A DNA stretch of 26,247 bases from Gemmatimonadota bacterium. GTDB lineage: Bacteria > Gemmatimonadota > Gemmatimonadetes > Palauibacterales > Palauibacteraceae. The stretch covers positions 1-26,247 of the forward strand of contig JBDHBK010000008.1 in NCBI GenBank assembly GCA_039592635.1, in the 5' to 3' direction. Position 1 is the stretch's first letter; every line of letters begins with the position of its first letter. The position numbers and the translations under genes were made by a program. The notes under the pieces are model-generated. The model worked only from the letters and a program-made list of their open reading frames with translations. It was not told where the DNA came from and did not search any database. Shown here piece after piece: positions 1 to 8,401 of the stretch.

Positions 1-23
1 CCCGATTGCGACGCCGAAACGCC

Positions 24-974
24 CTACTGTACCGGGATCCTGTCCGCGTTCTCGGCAAGCCAGGCGGCAAACGTCTGGAGCCGCGGGTTCAGCGCGCGCG
101 AGGTCTCGAGATTTCGAGCTCCGGTGAAGTAGTCCTCGAAATCGTGCTTGAACTGGAACATGTTCCCCAGATCGTCCGCCCCCGGGAAGTCCAACCCCCG
201 GTACACGTCGAACGGAACCGGCATGTAGGCCACCGGCTTTCCGAGGGCCTCGCTGAGGGCAGTCGCCATTTCGGCGCCGGTGAGGTGCTCCCCGGCGATC
301 CCGACCGTCTGGCCAATGTACTCCCCGCCGGCCTTGAATATGCCGTAGGCGCAGCGGCCGATATCCACGGCGGCGATCCCGGGCAGCTTCTTGTCGCCCA
401 TCGGCAACGCAAAGCCGAGGTTGCCGTCCTCGTCGGCCCGCGGACCCATCCCGAAGTGGATGAGGTTGTCCCAGTAGAAGGAGGTCTGCAGGAACGTCGT
501 CGGTACGCCGGCATCGGTGAACAACGCGTTGGCTTCGCCTTTCGCATCGAAATGCGGGACCTTGTAGCTCCCCTGAAGCGTCGGCATGCGGTCGTCGTCC
601 AACGGGACCCAGTTGCGGGTGTCCTCGAGGGTAGACCAGATGACGTGCTGCAGACCCCGGGCGCTTGCCGCTTCTGCGAATGTTCGGACTTGCTCGAGTT
701 CCTTCGCGGGCGAGAAATGCTCCCAGAAGAATGTCACGCAGAAGGCTCCGTACGCACCCTCGAACGCGCGTGAAATGGTGGCGGGATCATCGACATCCGC
801 CGCCACTACCTCGGCCCCGAGAGCCGCCAGCTCGTGGGCCTTTTCGGAATTCGGGTTCCGGGTCAGTGCCCGGGCAGTGAACTCACCGCTCTCGTCGCTC
901 ATGATGGCCCTCACCAGACCGCCACCCTGCGCTCCCGTCGCTCCGACGACGGCGATGATCTTTTTATCCGCCAT
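24..974 (-). CDS. NmrA/HSCARG-family NAD(P)H-binding protein (atypical SDR)
   Basis: N-terminal Rossmann motif VVGATGAQGG, plus HVIWSTLE and PHFDAKGEAN motifs typical of NmrA-like proteins. GGAGG Shine-Dalgarno upstream of the ATG. Complete, 316 aa. Confidence 0.92.
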   Translation of the reverse strand: MADKKIIAVVGATGAQGGGLVRAIMSDESGEFTARALTRNPNSEKAHELAALGAEVVAADVDDPATISRAFEGAYGAFCVTFFWEHFSPAKELEQVRTFAEAASARGLQHVIWSTLEDTRNWVPLDDDRMPTLQGSYKVPHFDAKGEANALFTDAGVPTTFLQTSFYWDNLIHFGMGPRADEDGNLGFALPMGDKKLPGIAAVDIGRCAYGIFKAGGEYIGQTVGIAGEHLTGAEMATALSEALGKPVAYMPVPFDVYRGLDFPGADDLGNMFQFKHDFEDYFTGARNLETSRALNPRLQTFAAWLAENADRIPVQ

Positions 975-1016
975 TGAACCTCCTCGTGGCTTGTGGGTTG
1001 CTATCGTTATGCGTCC

Positions 1017-1045
1017 AGTCTAATACATAGACAATTGTTTGACAA
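1017..1045 (-). promoter_or_regulatory. Putative sigma70-type promoter for the NmrA-family gene
   Basis: Minus strand reads TTGTCA (1045-1040), a 17-nt spacer, then TAGACT (1022-1017), in an AT-rich patch about 40 nt upstream of the ATG at 974. Confidence 0.55.
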
Positions 1046-1047
1046 TT
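1033..1047. promoter_or_regulatory. Palindromic operator-like site AATTGT-N3-ACAATT
   Basis: Perfect 6-bp inverted repeat with a 3-nt spacer. It overlaps the putative -35 and lies between the divergent NmrA-family and kef genes. Confidence 0.5.
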
Positions 1048-1143
1048 AGGCTTGTCGGGTGCTCCAGAGTAGCCATCGGCTTCCTTCTCGGACCCGGCCC
1101 GCTCATCTTTGCAGTTTCCAGTGACCCCAACCAGGATCCGTTC

Positions 1144-1755
1144 TTGAAACCTGTTCTCATACTCTTCGCGCATCCCGCACTCCAGAAGTCCCGAGTAAAC
1201 CGCGTGTTGATCGAGGGAGTGAGTCAACTTCCGGGGGTGACTTTTCACGACCTGTACGAGGCCTACCCCGAGTTCGACATCGACGTCCCGCGCGAACAGC
1301 GACTTCTCCTGGACCACGACGTCATCGTGTTCCAGCACCCGCTGTTCTGGTACAGCACGCCCGCTCTGCTCAAGGAATGGCAGGACCTGGTGCTTCAGCA
1401 TGGGTGGGCCTATGGGCATGAGGGCACCGCGTTGCACGGAAAGACGTTCCTGAGCGCCATCACCACCGGTGCCGGCGAGGAGGCTTATTCACGAGAGGGC
1501 TTCCACCGCCACACGATCGCAGAACTGCTCGCGCCCGTGCAGCAAACCGCGCGTCTGTGTGGAATGGAGCCGCTTCCACCGTTCGTCGCGCATGGCTCGC
1601 TCGGCATGACAGAGGAGCAGATCCGGGGACACGCGGAGGACTGGCGGCGCACGATCGAGGCGCTGCGCGATGAGCGCCTGGCCCTGGAGGCGGCCCGCAG
1701 CCATACGCGGCTGAACGCCGGTCTCGAGTCCCTCCTCCGGGAAGAGGGGCGGTAG
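1144..1755 (+). CDS. kefF: KefF/KefG-type ancillary NAD(P)H oxidoreductase (flavodoxin-like fold)
   Basis: ILFAHP..KSRVN, HDLYEAYP, VFQHPLFWYSTPALLKEWQDLVL and GWAYG motifs; directly upstream of the Kef antiporter. Start moved from the ORF-track 1039 to TTG at 1144 (AGGA SD, family-like N-terminus MKPVLILFAHP). KefF versus KefG is not resolved. Confidence 0.9.
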   Translation: MKPVLILFAHPALQKSRVNRVLIEGVSQLPGVTFHDLYEAYPEFDIDVPREQRLLLDHDVIVFQHPLFWYSTPALLKEWQDLVLQHGWAYGHEGTALHGKTFLSAITTGAGEEAYSREGFHRHTIAELLAPVQQTARLCGMEPLPPFVAHGSLGMTEEQIRGHAEDWRRTIEALRDERLALEAARSHTRLNAGLESLLREEGR

Positions 1756-1756
1756 C

Positions 1757-3661
1757 ATGTACGGACAGGGATTCTTCTACCAGGCGTTCGTATATCTGGC
1801 CGCCGCCGTCGTCGCCGTGCCAATCGCCAAGCGACTGGGACTCGGATCGGTGCTCGGGTATCTGATCGCGGGCATGGTGATCGGACCGTTCGGGCTGGGC
1901 CTGATCGGAGAGGAAGGACAGGACGTCATGCACTTCGCCGAGTTCGGCGTGGTGATGATGCTCTTCGTGATCGGGCTCGAGCTCCGGCCCGCTCTCCTGT
2001 GGCGCATGCGGGGCCCGATCCTCGGAGTGGGCGGACTGCAGGTCGGCATAACGACCGCCGCGCTGGCAGCCGTGGGCCTGGCCGTCGGCCTTCCCTGGCA
2101 GACGGCCGTCGCCGTCGGCATGACGCTGGCTCTCTCGTCCACGGCCATCGTGCTCCAGACTCTGAACGAAAAGAGCTTGTTGCAGACCGACGGCGGCCAG
2201 AGTTCGTTCGCCGTCCTCCTGTTCCAGGACATCGCCGTCATTCCGATGCTGGCGCTGATGCCCCTGCTCGCCGTATCGGGAGGCGAGCCGGACGCGGCGG
2301 CCCACGGAGCCGACGCGGCTGAGCACGCGCCGACGTGGGTCGAGGGCCTGCCCGCCTGGGAGCAGACGCTGGTCGTGCTGCTCGCGGTCGCTGCGATCGT
2401 GGTTGCCGGTCGCTACCTCATGCGGCCGGTGTTCCGCATGATCGCGGCCACCCGTCTGCGAGAGCTGTTCACCGCCACGGCCCTCCTGCTGGTGATCGCG
2501 ATCGCGCTGCTCATGACCCAGGTAGGGTTGAGTCCGGCGCTCGGCACGTTCGTGGCCGGCGTGGTGCTCGCAAACAGCGAGTACAGGCACGAGCTGGAGA
2601 GCGAGATCGATCCTTTCAAGGGGCTGCTGCTGGCCGTGTTCTTCATCGCGGTCGGGGCCTCGGTGGACTTCCAGCTGATCCAGAGTGAGCCGCGGCTCAT
2701 CCTCGGCATCGTGGCCGTACTCATGGGGATCAAGTTCGCGGTCCTGTTCGCGCTCGGGCGGGGATTCCGCATGGGCCTGGACCAGAACTTCCTGTTCGCG
2801 TTCGCACTCGCCCAGAGTGGTGAGTTCGCATTCGTGCTGTTCTCCTTCGCCACGCAGAACCGCGTAATCCCGGAGGAGATCACGGCCCCGCTCATCGCCG
2901 CGGTCGCGGTCACCATGGCCCTCACCCCCGTGCTCATGCTGCTGAACGAGAAGCTCGTTCAGCCGCGGTTCGGCACGCGGGAGCGATCTGAGCGGGAGCC
3001 CGATGAAATCCAGACCGACAGTGCCGTGATCATCGCGGGCTTCGGCCGGTTCGGAAGCATCGTGGGACGGTTTCTGCGGGCCAACGGCATCCAGCCGACC
3101 GTGCTGGAGTACGACTCGGATCGGGTGGAACTCCTCCGGAAGCTCGGACTGCAGGTGTACTACGGGGACGCTTCCCGGAAGGACCTGCTGCAGGCGGCCG
3201 GCGCGGAGAAGGCCCACCTGCTGGTGGTCGCCTTCGAAGACCACGAGAGGACCCTGGCGATCGTCGAGACCGTGCAGAAGCACTTCCCGCACCTCACGAT
3301 CCTCGCCCGTGCGGCCGGCAGGCCGGAGGCCTACGAGCTGCTGGACCGCGGGGTGGAGCACGTGTACCGCGAAACCCTGGACACATCGCTTCGAACCGGC
3401 GTGGACGTACTCCGGCTACTGGGCCGGCGCGCCTACACCGGGCACCGGGCGTCCCTGATGTTCCGGCGCCACGACGAGGAATCGGTGCGCGACCTCGGGA
3501 AGATGCGACACGATCGCAAGGCCTACTTCTCGGAGGCCCGGGAGCGCATCCAGTCCCTGGAGGAGCTTCTGCTGTCCGAGGTGGAGGGTCCCGGCGAGGA
3601 GCGCGACGCCGGCTGGGACACGGAGAGCCTGCGCGAGGAATTCGGGGATACGGCTTCGTGA
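1757..3661 (+). CDS. kefC: Kef-type K+/H+ efflux antiporter (CPA2 family, KefB/KefC-like) with C-terminal KTN/RCK domain
   Basis: Multi-TM N-terminal domain with LGLGSVLGYL, LLFQD and YRHELESEIDPFKGLLL motifs. KTN motif IIAGFGRFG...YGDASR. Starts 1 nt after the kefF stop. KefB versus KefC is not resolved. Confidence 0.93.
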   Translation: MYGQGFFYQAFVYLAAAVVAVPIAKRLGLGSVLGYLIAGMVIGPFGLGLIGEEGQDVMHFAEFGVVMMLFVIGLELRPALLWRMRGPILGVGGLQVGITTAALAAVGLAVGLPWQTAVAVGMTLALSSTAIVLQTLNEKSLLQTDGGQSSFAVLLFQDIAVIPMLALMPLLAVSGGEPDAAAHGADAAEHAPTWVEGLPAWEQTLVVLLAVAAIVVAGRYLMRPVFRMIAATRLRELFTATALLLVIAIALLMTQVGLSPALGTFVAGVVLANSEYRHELESEIDPFKGLLLAVFFIAVGASVDFQLIQSEPRLILGIVAVLMGIKFAVLFALGRGFRMGLDQNFLFAFALAQSGEFAFVLFSFATQNRVIPEEITAPLIAAVAVTMALTPVLMLLNEKLVQPRFGTRERSEREPDEIQTDSAVIIAGFGRFGSIVGRFLRANGIQPTVLEYDSDRVELLRKLGLQVYYGDASRKDLLQAAGAEKAHLLVVAFEDHERTLAIVETVQKHFPHLTILARAAGRPEAYELLDRGVEHVYRETLDTSLRTGVDVLRLLGRRAYTGHRASLMFRRHDEESVRDLGKMRHDRKAYFSEARERIQSLEELLLSEVEGPGEERDAGWDTESLREEFGDTAS

Positions 3662-4167
3662 CATCCGTCGGATCGATGCGCCTCGCGGCGACGGCTGTGA
3701 TCAACTCGTTCGGCGATCAGCAGATCCGGGGTACGGCCACGTTGCGCGAGCGTGCCTCCGAAGAAGGTATCAAGCTCGTCGACATCGCCATCGAGGTGAG
3801 AGGCTTGACCGATGGCCAGCATGCTGTTCACATCCACGAGACCGGAGTGTGCGAGCCGTGTGGGGCCGCCCGCGGCCATCACGACCCGGGGCCGTTCGGG
3901 AAGAGCACTCCGGACGCCCCCGACTTCAACCACCCTTTCCACGGCGGGGATCTCTTGAACCGCGAGATCACGAGCGGCGTCGGGAAGCTCCGTACGACCT
4001 CCAGCCGCTTCACCCTCTCGCCGGAACGCCTGAGCGTGTTCGACGAGGCTGGCAGTGCACTGATCATCCACACGAACGCCGATACGTACTGCGATGACGA
4101 AAGCGAACTGAAGCCGGGCTGCGCGGGAGGCGCTCGCGATGCGTGCGGCGTTCTGGTACTGGACTAG
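3658..4167 (+). CDS. sodC: Cu/Zn superoxide dismutase family protein (no signal peptide seen)
   Basis: HAVHIHE, GHHDP, HPFHGGDL, IIHTNAD and GGARDACG supply all expected Cu/Zn ligands, the active-site Arg and the disulfide Cys. The GTG start overlaps the kefC stop (GTGA). Confidence 0.82.
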   Translation: MTSVGSMRLAATAVINSFGDQQIRGTATLRERASEEGIKLVDIAIEVRGLTDGQHAVHIHETGVCEPCGAARGHHDPGPFGKSTPDAPDFNHPFHGGDLLNREITSGVGKLRTTSSRFTLSPERLSVFDEAGSALIIHTNADTYCDDESELKPGCAGGARDACGVLVLD

Positions 4168-4203
4168 CTGTCGAGGCGCGGCGGGCGCACACGACTAGTG
4201 TCT

Positions 4204-4216
4204 CTTACATTGTAAG
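4204..4216. promoter_or_regulatory. Palindromic operator-like site CTTACA-T-TGTAAG upstream of the TonB-dependent receptor
   Basis: Perfect 13-bp AT-rich palindrome in a GC-rich context, about 50 nt upstream of the ATG at 4268. Confidence 0.45.
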
Positions 4217-4248
4217 TGCGCCCCACAGAGGTTCCGGACCACTCAGCT

Positions 4249-4263
4249 TCCTCGCTGCGAGGA
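4249..4263 (+). promoter_or_regulatory. Hairpin covering the Shine-Dalgarno of the TonB-dependent receptor
   Basis: TCCTCGC-T-GCGAGGA inverted repeat; the right arm contains the GAGGA SD, 4 nt before the ATG. Confidence 0.3.
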
Positions 4264-4267
4264 CTCT

Positions 4268-7171
4268 ATGGGTGCGCATAGTCTCAGGCGACTGGCCGGT
4301 CGGATCGTGCTCTTCGGCACGGTTTTGCTGGTTCCGTCGTCCCTTCCCGCTCAGGACACCGGGAGTGTCGCGGGCACGGTCTCCGACTCCACGAGCGGCG
4401 AGCCGCTCGCCACCGTCCTGTTGACGCTGACACATCCCGGAGGCGAGGCGGTCCGTTCGGTTGTGACGGGACCCGGGGGAACGTTCAGAATCGACGGACT
4501 TTCGCCCGGAGCATACGCCATCCAGGCCTCGCTGCCCGGCTGGGAGGTACTTCCCTCTCCGCGGATCACGGTGGTCGGCGGCATCGTGATCCATGCCCGG
4601 ATCACGATGGTCGAGAGACCGTACCGGCTGAATCCTCTGACGGTGTCGGTATCCCGGACGGGAGAGAAGGTCCTGGACGCGCCGGCCGCCGTCGAGATCG
4701 TCGGCCTGGCCGATATTCAGGAACAGCCGGCGCTCACGACCGTGGAGCACGTGCGAACCGAGGCAGCCGTCGACTTCATGCAGACGGGCCTGCAGGGGAG
4801 CTACGTCGTCGTCCGTGGATTCAACAACGTGTTCTCGGGCGCAACCCTGACACTCACGGACAATCGCATCGCGCGGCTCCCTTCTCTGCGGGCCAACCTC
4901 TCGTATTTCAATCCGGTCACGAGTCTCGATCTCGATCGGACGGACGTGGTGCTGGGGCCCGCTTCGGCCCTGTACGGCCCGAACGTCGAGCAGGGAGTCA
5001 TTCACTCGTTCACCCGGTCACCCATCGACGACCCGGGGATCAGCGTTTCCGTGACGAGCGGAATCCGTCAGCAAGCCGGCGTCCCGGAACAGGGCCTGGA
5101 CTCAAGCAGCGAGCCGATCGCGCACCTCGAAGGTCGGGTCGGATACCGGGCCAGTGAGGCGCTGGGATTCAAGGTGTCGGGACAGTACTTCGCCGCTACG
5201 GACTACCGGTATCGAGACGCAGTGGAAGTGCAGCAGCAGGACACGGCACGGGCCTGCCTCGAAGGTGGTCTCCAGATCACCGATCCGAACTGTCTGAACT
5301 TCGCGGACGGACTCGAGCCGACCGACCCGACCGACCCGGCCGACCGGGCCGAACTGGAGCAACGCGTACGGAACGTCGCGGGGGGACGCGACGAGGACCT
5401 CGAGCGCTGGTCGCTCGATGCCCGCCTGGACTGGCGCCCGAGCCGGCACACCAGCCTCGTTCTGGCCGGAGGACGCGCAACCGCGGTGAACAGCGTCGAC
5501 CTGACGGGACTCGGCGCTGGACAGATCGTGAACTGGGCTTACGACTACGCCCAGGCCCGGCTTCAGTGGCGGGACCTGTTCGCCCAGGTGTTCGTGAACC
5601 GCAACCGCAACGACGACTCCTATCTGCTTCGCTCGGGAAACACACTGGTCGACAATTCCCGGCTTCTCGTCGCGCAGGTTCAGCACGTGTCGCGGATCGG
5701 CGATCGCAACCGGCTGATATACGGGCTCGACTTCCTGCGCACCGTCCCTGTCACGGACTCCACGATCAACGGTCGCAACGAAGATGACGACGACGTCAAT
5801 GAGCTGGGTGGATACATCCAGTGGGAGTCGTCACTGATCCGACAGGTCGACATGGTACTGGCCGCTCGCGTGGACAAGAACTCGCGTCTCAGCGATCCCG
5901 TGTTCTCTCCGCGCGCCGCTCTCGTGTACCGGCCCCAGCCGGGCCACAGCCTGCGACTGACCTTCAACCGCGCCTTCTCGACCCCCAACACGATCTCGCT
6001 GTTCCTCGATCTCTCCGGAGGCACCTTGCCGCTCGGTGGACCTTTCCGCTACGACATCCGGGCCCAGGGCGGAGGCGACACGGGATTCACGTTTCGGCGA
6101 TCCGATGGCGTGCCCATGCACCTGTCGCCTTTCATACCGCAGATCGGCGAGACACGGGAGTATCGCGAGAGCTCGGCGCCCGTCCTGTGGAGCGAGGGCG
6201 TCGTGGCAGCCCAACTTCTAGCCGCGGGCGGCGCGCTCGACCCGGACCTCGCCCAACTTCTCACCGAGCTGACGCCCCCCGACGACTCGGACGTCTTGGT
6301 GCTGGCGCGCTCGGCAAATCCCGATGCCGCGGAGGGTGAGCCGCCCTTCGTGCCGCTTCCCGGGGGGCTCGAAGGACTCCGCGACCTGCCGCCGCTCGAG
6401 GCCGGAATCACGAACACGCTCGAATTCGGCTACAAGGGGCTGGTGGACGAGAGGCTCAGGGTCGGAGCCAGTGGCTGGTACAGTCACGTCAGCAACCGCA
6501 TCTCGGCCCTGCGCGTGATCTCTCCCAACGTGTTCCTCGAAAGGACATCGCTGAACGCCTACCTGGAGGAGGAGTTCCTGGCCCGCGTCGGAACCGACTT
6601 CCCGGACGACGAGTCGGCGCGGGCGGCCGCCGCCGAGGCCTCGAGAGCGATGGCCCAGGTCCCGCTCGGCGTCGTGGCGCCGGAGCAGGCCGGCGGTACC
6701 CTGGCGCCGATCGTCCTGGCGGACCGGAATCTCGGTTCGTTCGAACTGCTCGGAGTGGACCTGTCGCTCGCCTGGTACCTGAGCGAGCGCTGGAGCCTGG
6801 AAGGCTCGGCGTCGTGGGTGAGCGACGACACGTTCGTGACGGGAGACGGCCCGGACGCTGAGGTCGTGCCGCTGAACGCACCCAAACTGAAGGGTGCGCT
6901 GGCGGTATCGTACCGGGATCCCGCCGGTGGATTCCATGGTACCGTGCGAGCTCGTGGGATCAGGGGCTTCCCAGCGAGCTCGGGTGTCTATGTCGGGAAT
7001 GTAGAGGACCGGGGCGTTATGGACTTCACGCTGGGGTACCGGTTCCGGCACCCCGGCCTATGGGTCCAGCTCGGCGTCCAGAACGTGCTCGATACCGGCT
7101 ACAGCGCCTTCCCGGGTGCACCTAACCTCGGACGCACGACCCTACTCCGGCTCCGGTACGACACACCCTAG
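4268..7171 (+). CDS. TonB-dependent receptor with N-terminal carboxypeptidase-regulatory-like domain
   Basis: Signal peptide (..PSSLPA|Q), GSVAGTVSDSTSGEPL...TGPGGTFRIDGLSPGAY domain, plug motifs (VVVRGFN; LDRTDVVLGPASALYG), barrel with FSPRAALVY and C-terminal LGVQNVLD..Y...GRT. 967 aa. Confidence 0.93.
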   Translation: MGAHSLRRLAGRIVLFGTVLLVPSSLPAQDTGSVAGTVSDSTSGEPLATVLLTLTHPGGEAVRSVVTGPGGTFRIDGLSPGAYAIQASLPGWEVLPSPRITVVGGIVIHARITMVERPYRLNPLTVSVSRTGEKVLDAPAAVEIVGLADIQEQPALTTVEHVRTEAAVDFMQTGLQGSYVVVRGFNNVFSGATLTLTDNRIARLPSLRANLSYFNPVTSLDLDRTDVVLGPASALYGPNVEQGVIHSFTRSPIDDPGISVSVTSGIRQQAGVPEQGLDSSSEPIAHLEGRVGYRASEALGFKVSGQYFAATDYRYRDAVEVQQQDTARACLEGGLQITDPNCLNFADGLEPTDPTDPADRAELEQRVRNVAGGRDEDLERWSLDARLDWRPSRHTSLVLAGGRATAVNSVDLTGLGAGQIVNWAYDYAQARLQWRDLFAQVFVNRNRNDDSYLLRSGNTLVDNSRLLVAQVQHVSRIGDRNRLIYGLDFLRTVPVTDSTINGRNEDDDDVNELGGYIQWESSLIRQVDMVLAARVDKNSRLSDPVFSPRAALVYRPQPGHSLRLTFNRAFSTPNTISLFLDLSGGTLPLGGPFRYDIRAQGGGDTGFTFRRSDGVPMHLSPFIPQIGETREYRESSAPVLWSEGVVAAQLLAAGGALDPDLAQLLTELTPPDDSDVLVLARSANPDAAEGEPPFVPLPGGLEGLRDLPPLEAGITNTLEFGYKGLVDERLRVGASGWYSHVSNRISALRVISPNVFLERTSLNAYLEEEFLARVGTDFPDDESARAAAAEASRAMAQVPLGVVAPEQAGGTLAPIVLADRNLGSFELLGVDLSLAWYLSERWSLEGSASWVSDDTFVTGDGPDAEVVPLNAPKLKGALAVSYRDPAGGFHGTVRARGIRGFPASSGVYVGNVEDRGVMDFTLGYRFRHPGLWVQLGVQNVLDTGYSAFPGAPNLGRTTLLRLRYDTP
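5318..5353 (+). repeat. In-frame 9-bp tandem repeat inside the TonB receptor
   Basis: CCGACCGAC x2, then CCGGCCGAC and CGGGCCGAA, encoding PTD-PTD-PAD-RAE. Confidence 0.55.
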
Positions 7172-7237
7172 CGCCCCTTCCCTCACCGATCCGGGCGATC
7201 GTCTCGACCGGGCGTCCCACTTCCTTGCAGTGGCCGC

Positions 7238-8401
7238 TCACAGGTAGCGGCCGCGCCTGTTGCGAAGCCCGAAGTGCCAGTTTGCGGCGAGGATGAAGAG
7301 GTGCTGATTGGGCACCAGCAGGTTGTCCTCGCCCTTGTAGAAACCGCCCTCCACTCCAGTGGAGCGGTCAAACCGGTACTCTGCGCGCACGGCGAACACG
7401 TTCAGCTTGAGCGGCTGCAGTCGATACTGAAGCGTCGCGGTGACCGCACCGATCGTCTGACGCGCGCCGGACTGGAGGCCGTATTCATCGCGGAAGACCT
7501 CGGGGCGCAGCCCGGCGGACCACGGCCGGTCTTCCGGTTGCCAATTCACCCATAGGGCTGCCCACGCCCATTCGTAGCGCGGGTATCCCTCCAGCGTCGC
7601 TTGCTTCTCAGTGCCCCACCCGAGATTGCCGATCAGCACGAGCTCGCCGATCCGCCACTGGCCCACCGCTTCCGTGGCGAATCGCCAGAACTCGAGAGCC
7701 GTATCTTCCTGTTCCGGGCCGTAGTAGAAGTTACCGCGCAGCCACGACTCGTCGTCGAACTCCTGTTGTAGCTGCACGCCGTAGCTCGGAAGGCTGTTAG
7801 GGGACGCGAGGTAGTCCCACCCGTTCACCACGAGCAACTTGCCGCGGAAGGCGGCCGCAACCGGATACTCGGCGCTGACGCCCCAGTGGAAGTACGGAAC
7901 GTAATCGACCCCGTAGACGCGCGTATAGGCAGGGTTGGTGACGGCGGTGAAGTTCTCGTACCCGATATGCCCCGGAATGAGACCACCGGTGAGTAAGAGC
8001 TCGCGATCCCCGGTGGGCGCCAGGAAGGTGACGTTGGTGTAGTACAGGTGCTTCAGCACGTCAGCTGACCCGCCAGCCTCCGTCGACTCAAGGTTGTCGA
8101 CGTCCTCGCCCGCCTGCGCACCCAGGTGGAACCCCCAGCGTGATTCGCTGGTCGACCGTTTCGCGGCCCACAGCGTGGCGTTGTTGAGCTCCATTCGACC
8201 GATGATCGGCGTCGTGCTCTTGGTCCGCCAGACATGATTCTCCGGCTGGTTGTCGCTCAGCAGGTATGCAGCATCTACGTAGACCCCACCGGTGACTCTC
8301 GCTGAATCCGCGGCCTGGGCCCGCAGGTGCGCGGGCGCGTCAAGGCAGAGCCAGGCGAGCCCGGCGCCTACGATCAGGGCGTACCTGTGCGCGACGACTA
8401 T
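7238..8401 (-). CDS. Outer-membrane beta-barrel porin (BBP2/DUF1597-like)
   Basis: ORF track begins at ATG 8194, but the frame is open to 8404 and includes a signal-peptide-like stretch (HRYALIVGAGLAWLCLDAPAHLRA|Q) and the family-like GGVYVDAAY motif. Internal motifs GHIGYE, YFHWGV, VVNGWD, VRAEYRFDRS. No in-frame ATG/GTG/TTG lies upstream of 8194; ATA at 8401 is the proposed start. Confidence 0.75.
   Translation of the reverse strand: MVVAHRYALIVGAGLAWLCLDAPAHLRAQAADSARVTGGVYVDAAYLLSDNQPENHVWRTKSTTPIIGRMELNNATLWAAKRSTSESRWGFHLGAQAGEDVDNLESTEAGGSADVLKHLYYTNVTFLAPTGDRELLLTGGLIPGHIGYENFTAVTNPAYTRVYGVDYVPYFHWGVSAEYPVAAAFRGKLLVVNGWDYLASPNSLPSYGVQLQQEFDDESWLRGNFYYGPEQEDTALEFWRFATEAVGQWRIGELVLIGNLGWGTEKQATLEGYPRYEWAWAALWVNWQPEDRPWSAGLRPEVFRDEYGLQSGARQTIGAVTATLQYRLQPLKLNVFAVRAEYRFDRSTGVEGGFYKGEDNLLVPNQHLFILAANWHFGLRNRRGRYL

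Noticed and set aside
1039-1143. ORF-track N-terminal extensions (1039 for kefF, 11164 for the TolB/TPR protein, 18756 for the TPR protein, 26183 for the amine oxidase)
   Set aside because: Family-like sequence and/or better SD sites begin at downstream starts; the extensions run through promoter DNA, remnants or the neighbouring gene.
1460-3361. Long antisense or alternative-frame ORFs (e.g. 1460-3361 minus, 8401-10038 plus, 11581-12693 minus, 18573-19859 minus, 24418-25950 minus, 24906-26045 plus)
   Set aside because: They shadow well-supported genes, have Arg/Pro/Gly-rich low-information translations and no motifs, as expected from stop-codon scarcity in high-GC DNA.
4168-4267. Riboswitch upstream of the TonB receptor
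   Set aside because: Only 100 nt are available and no aptamer consensus is visible; just the palindrome and SD hairpin were kept.
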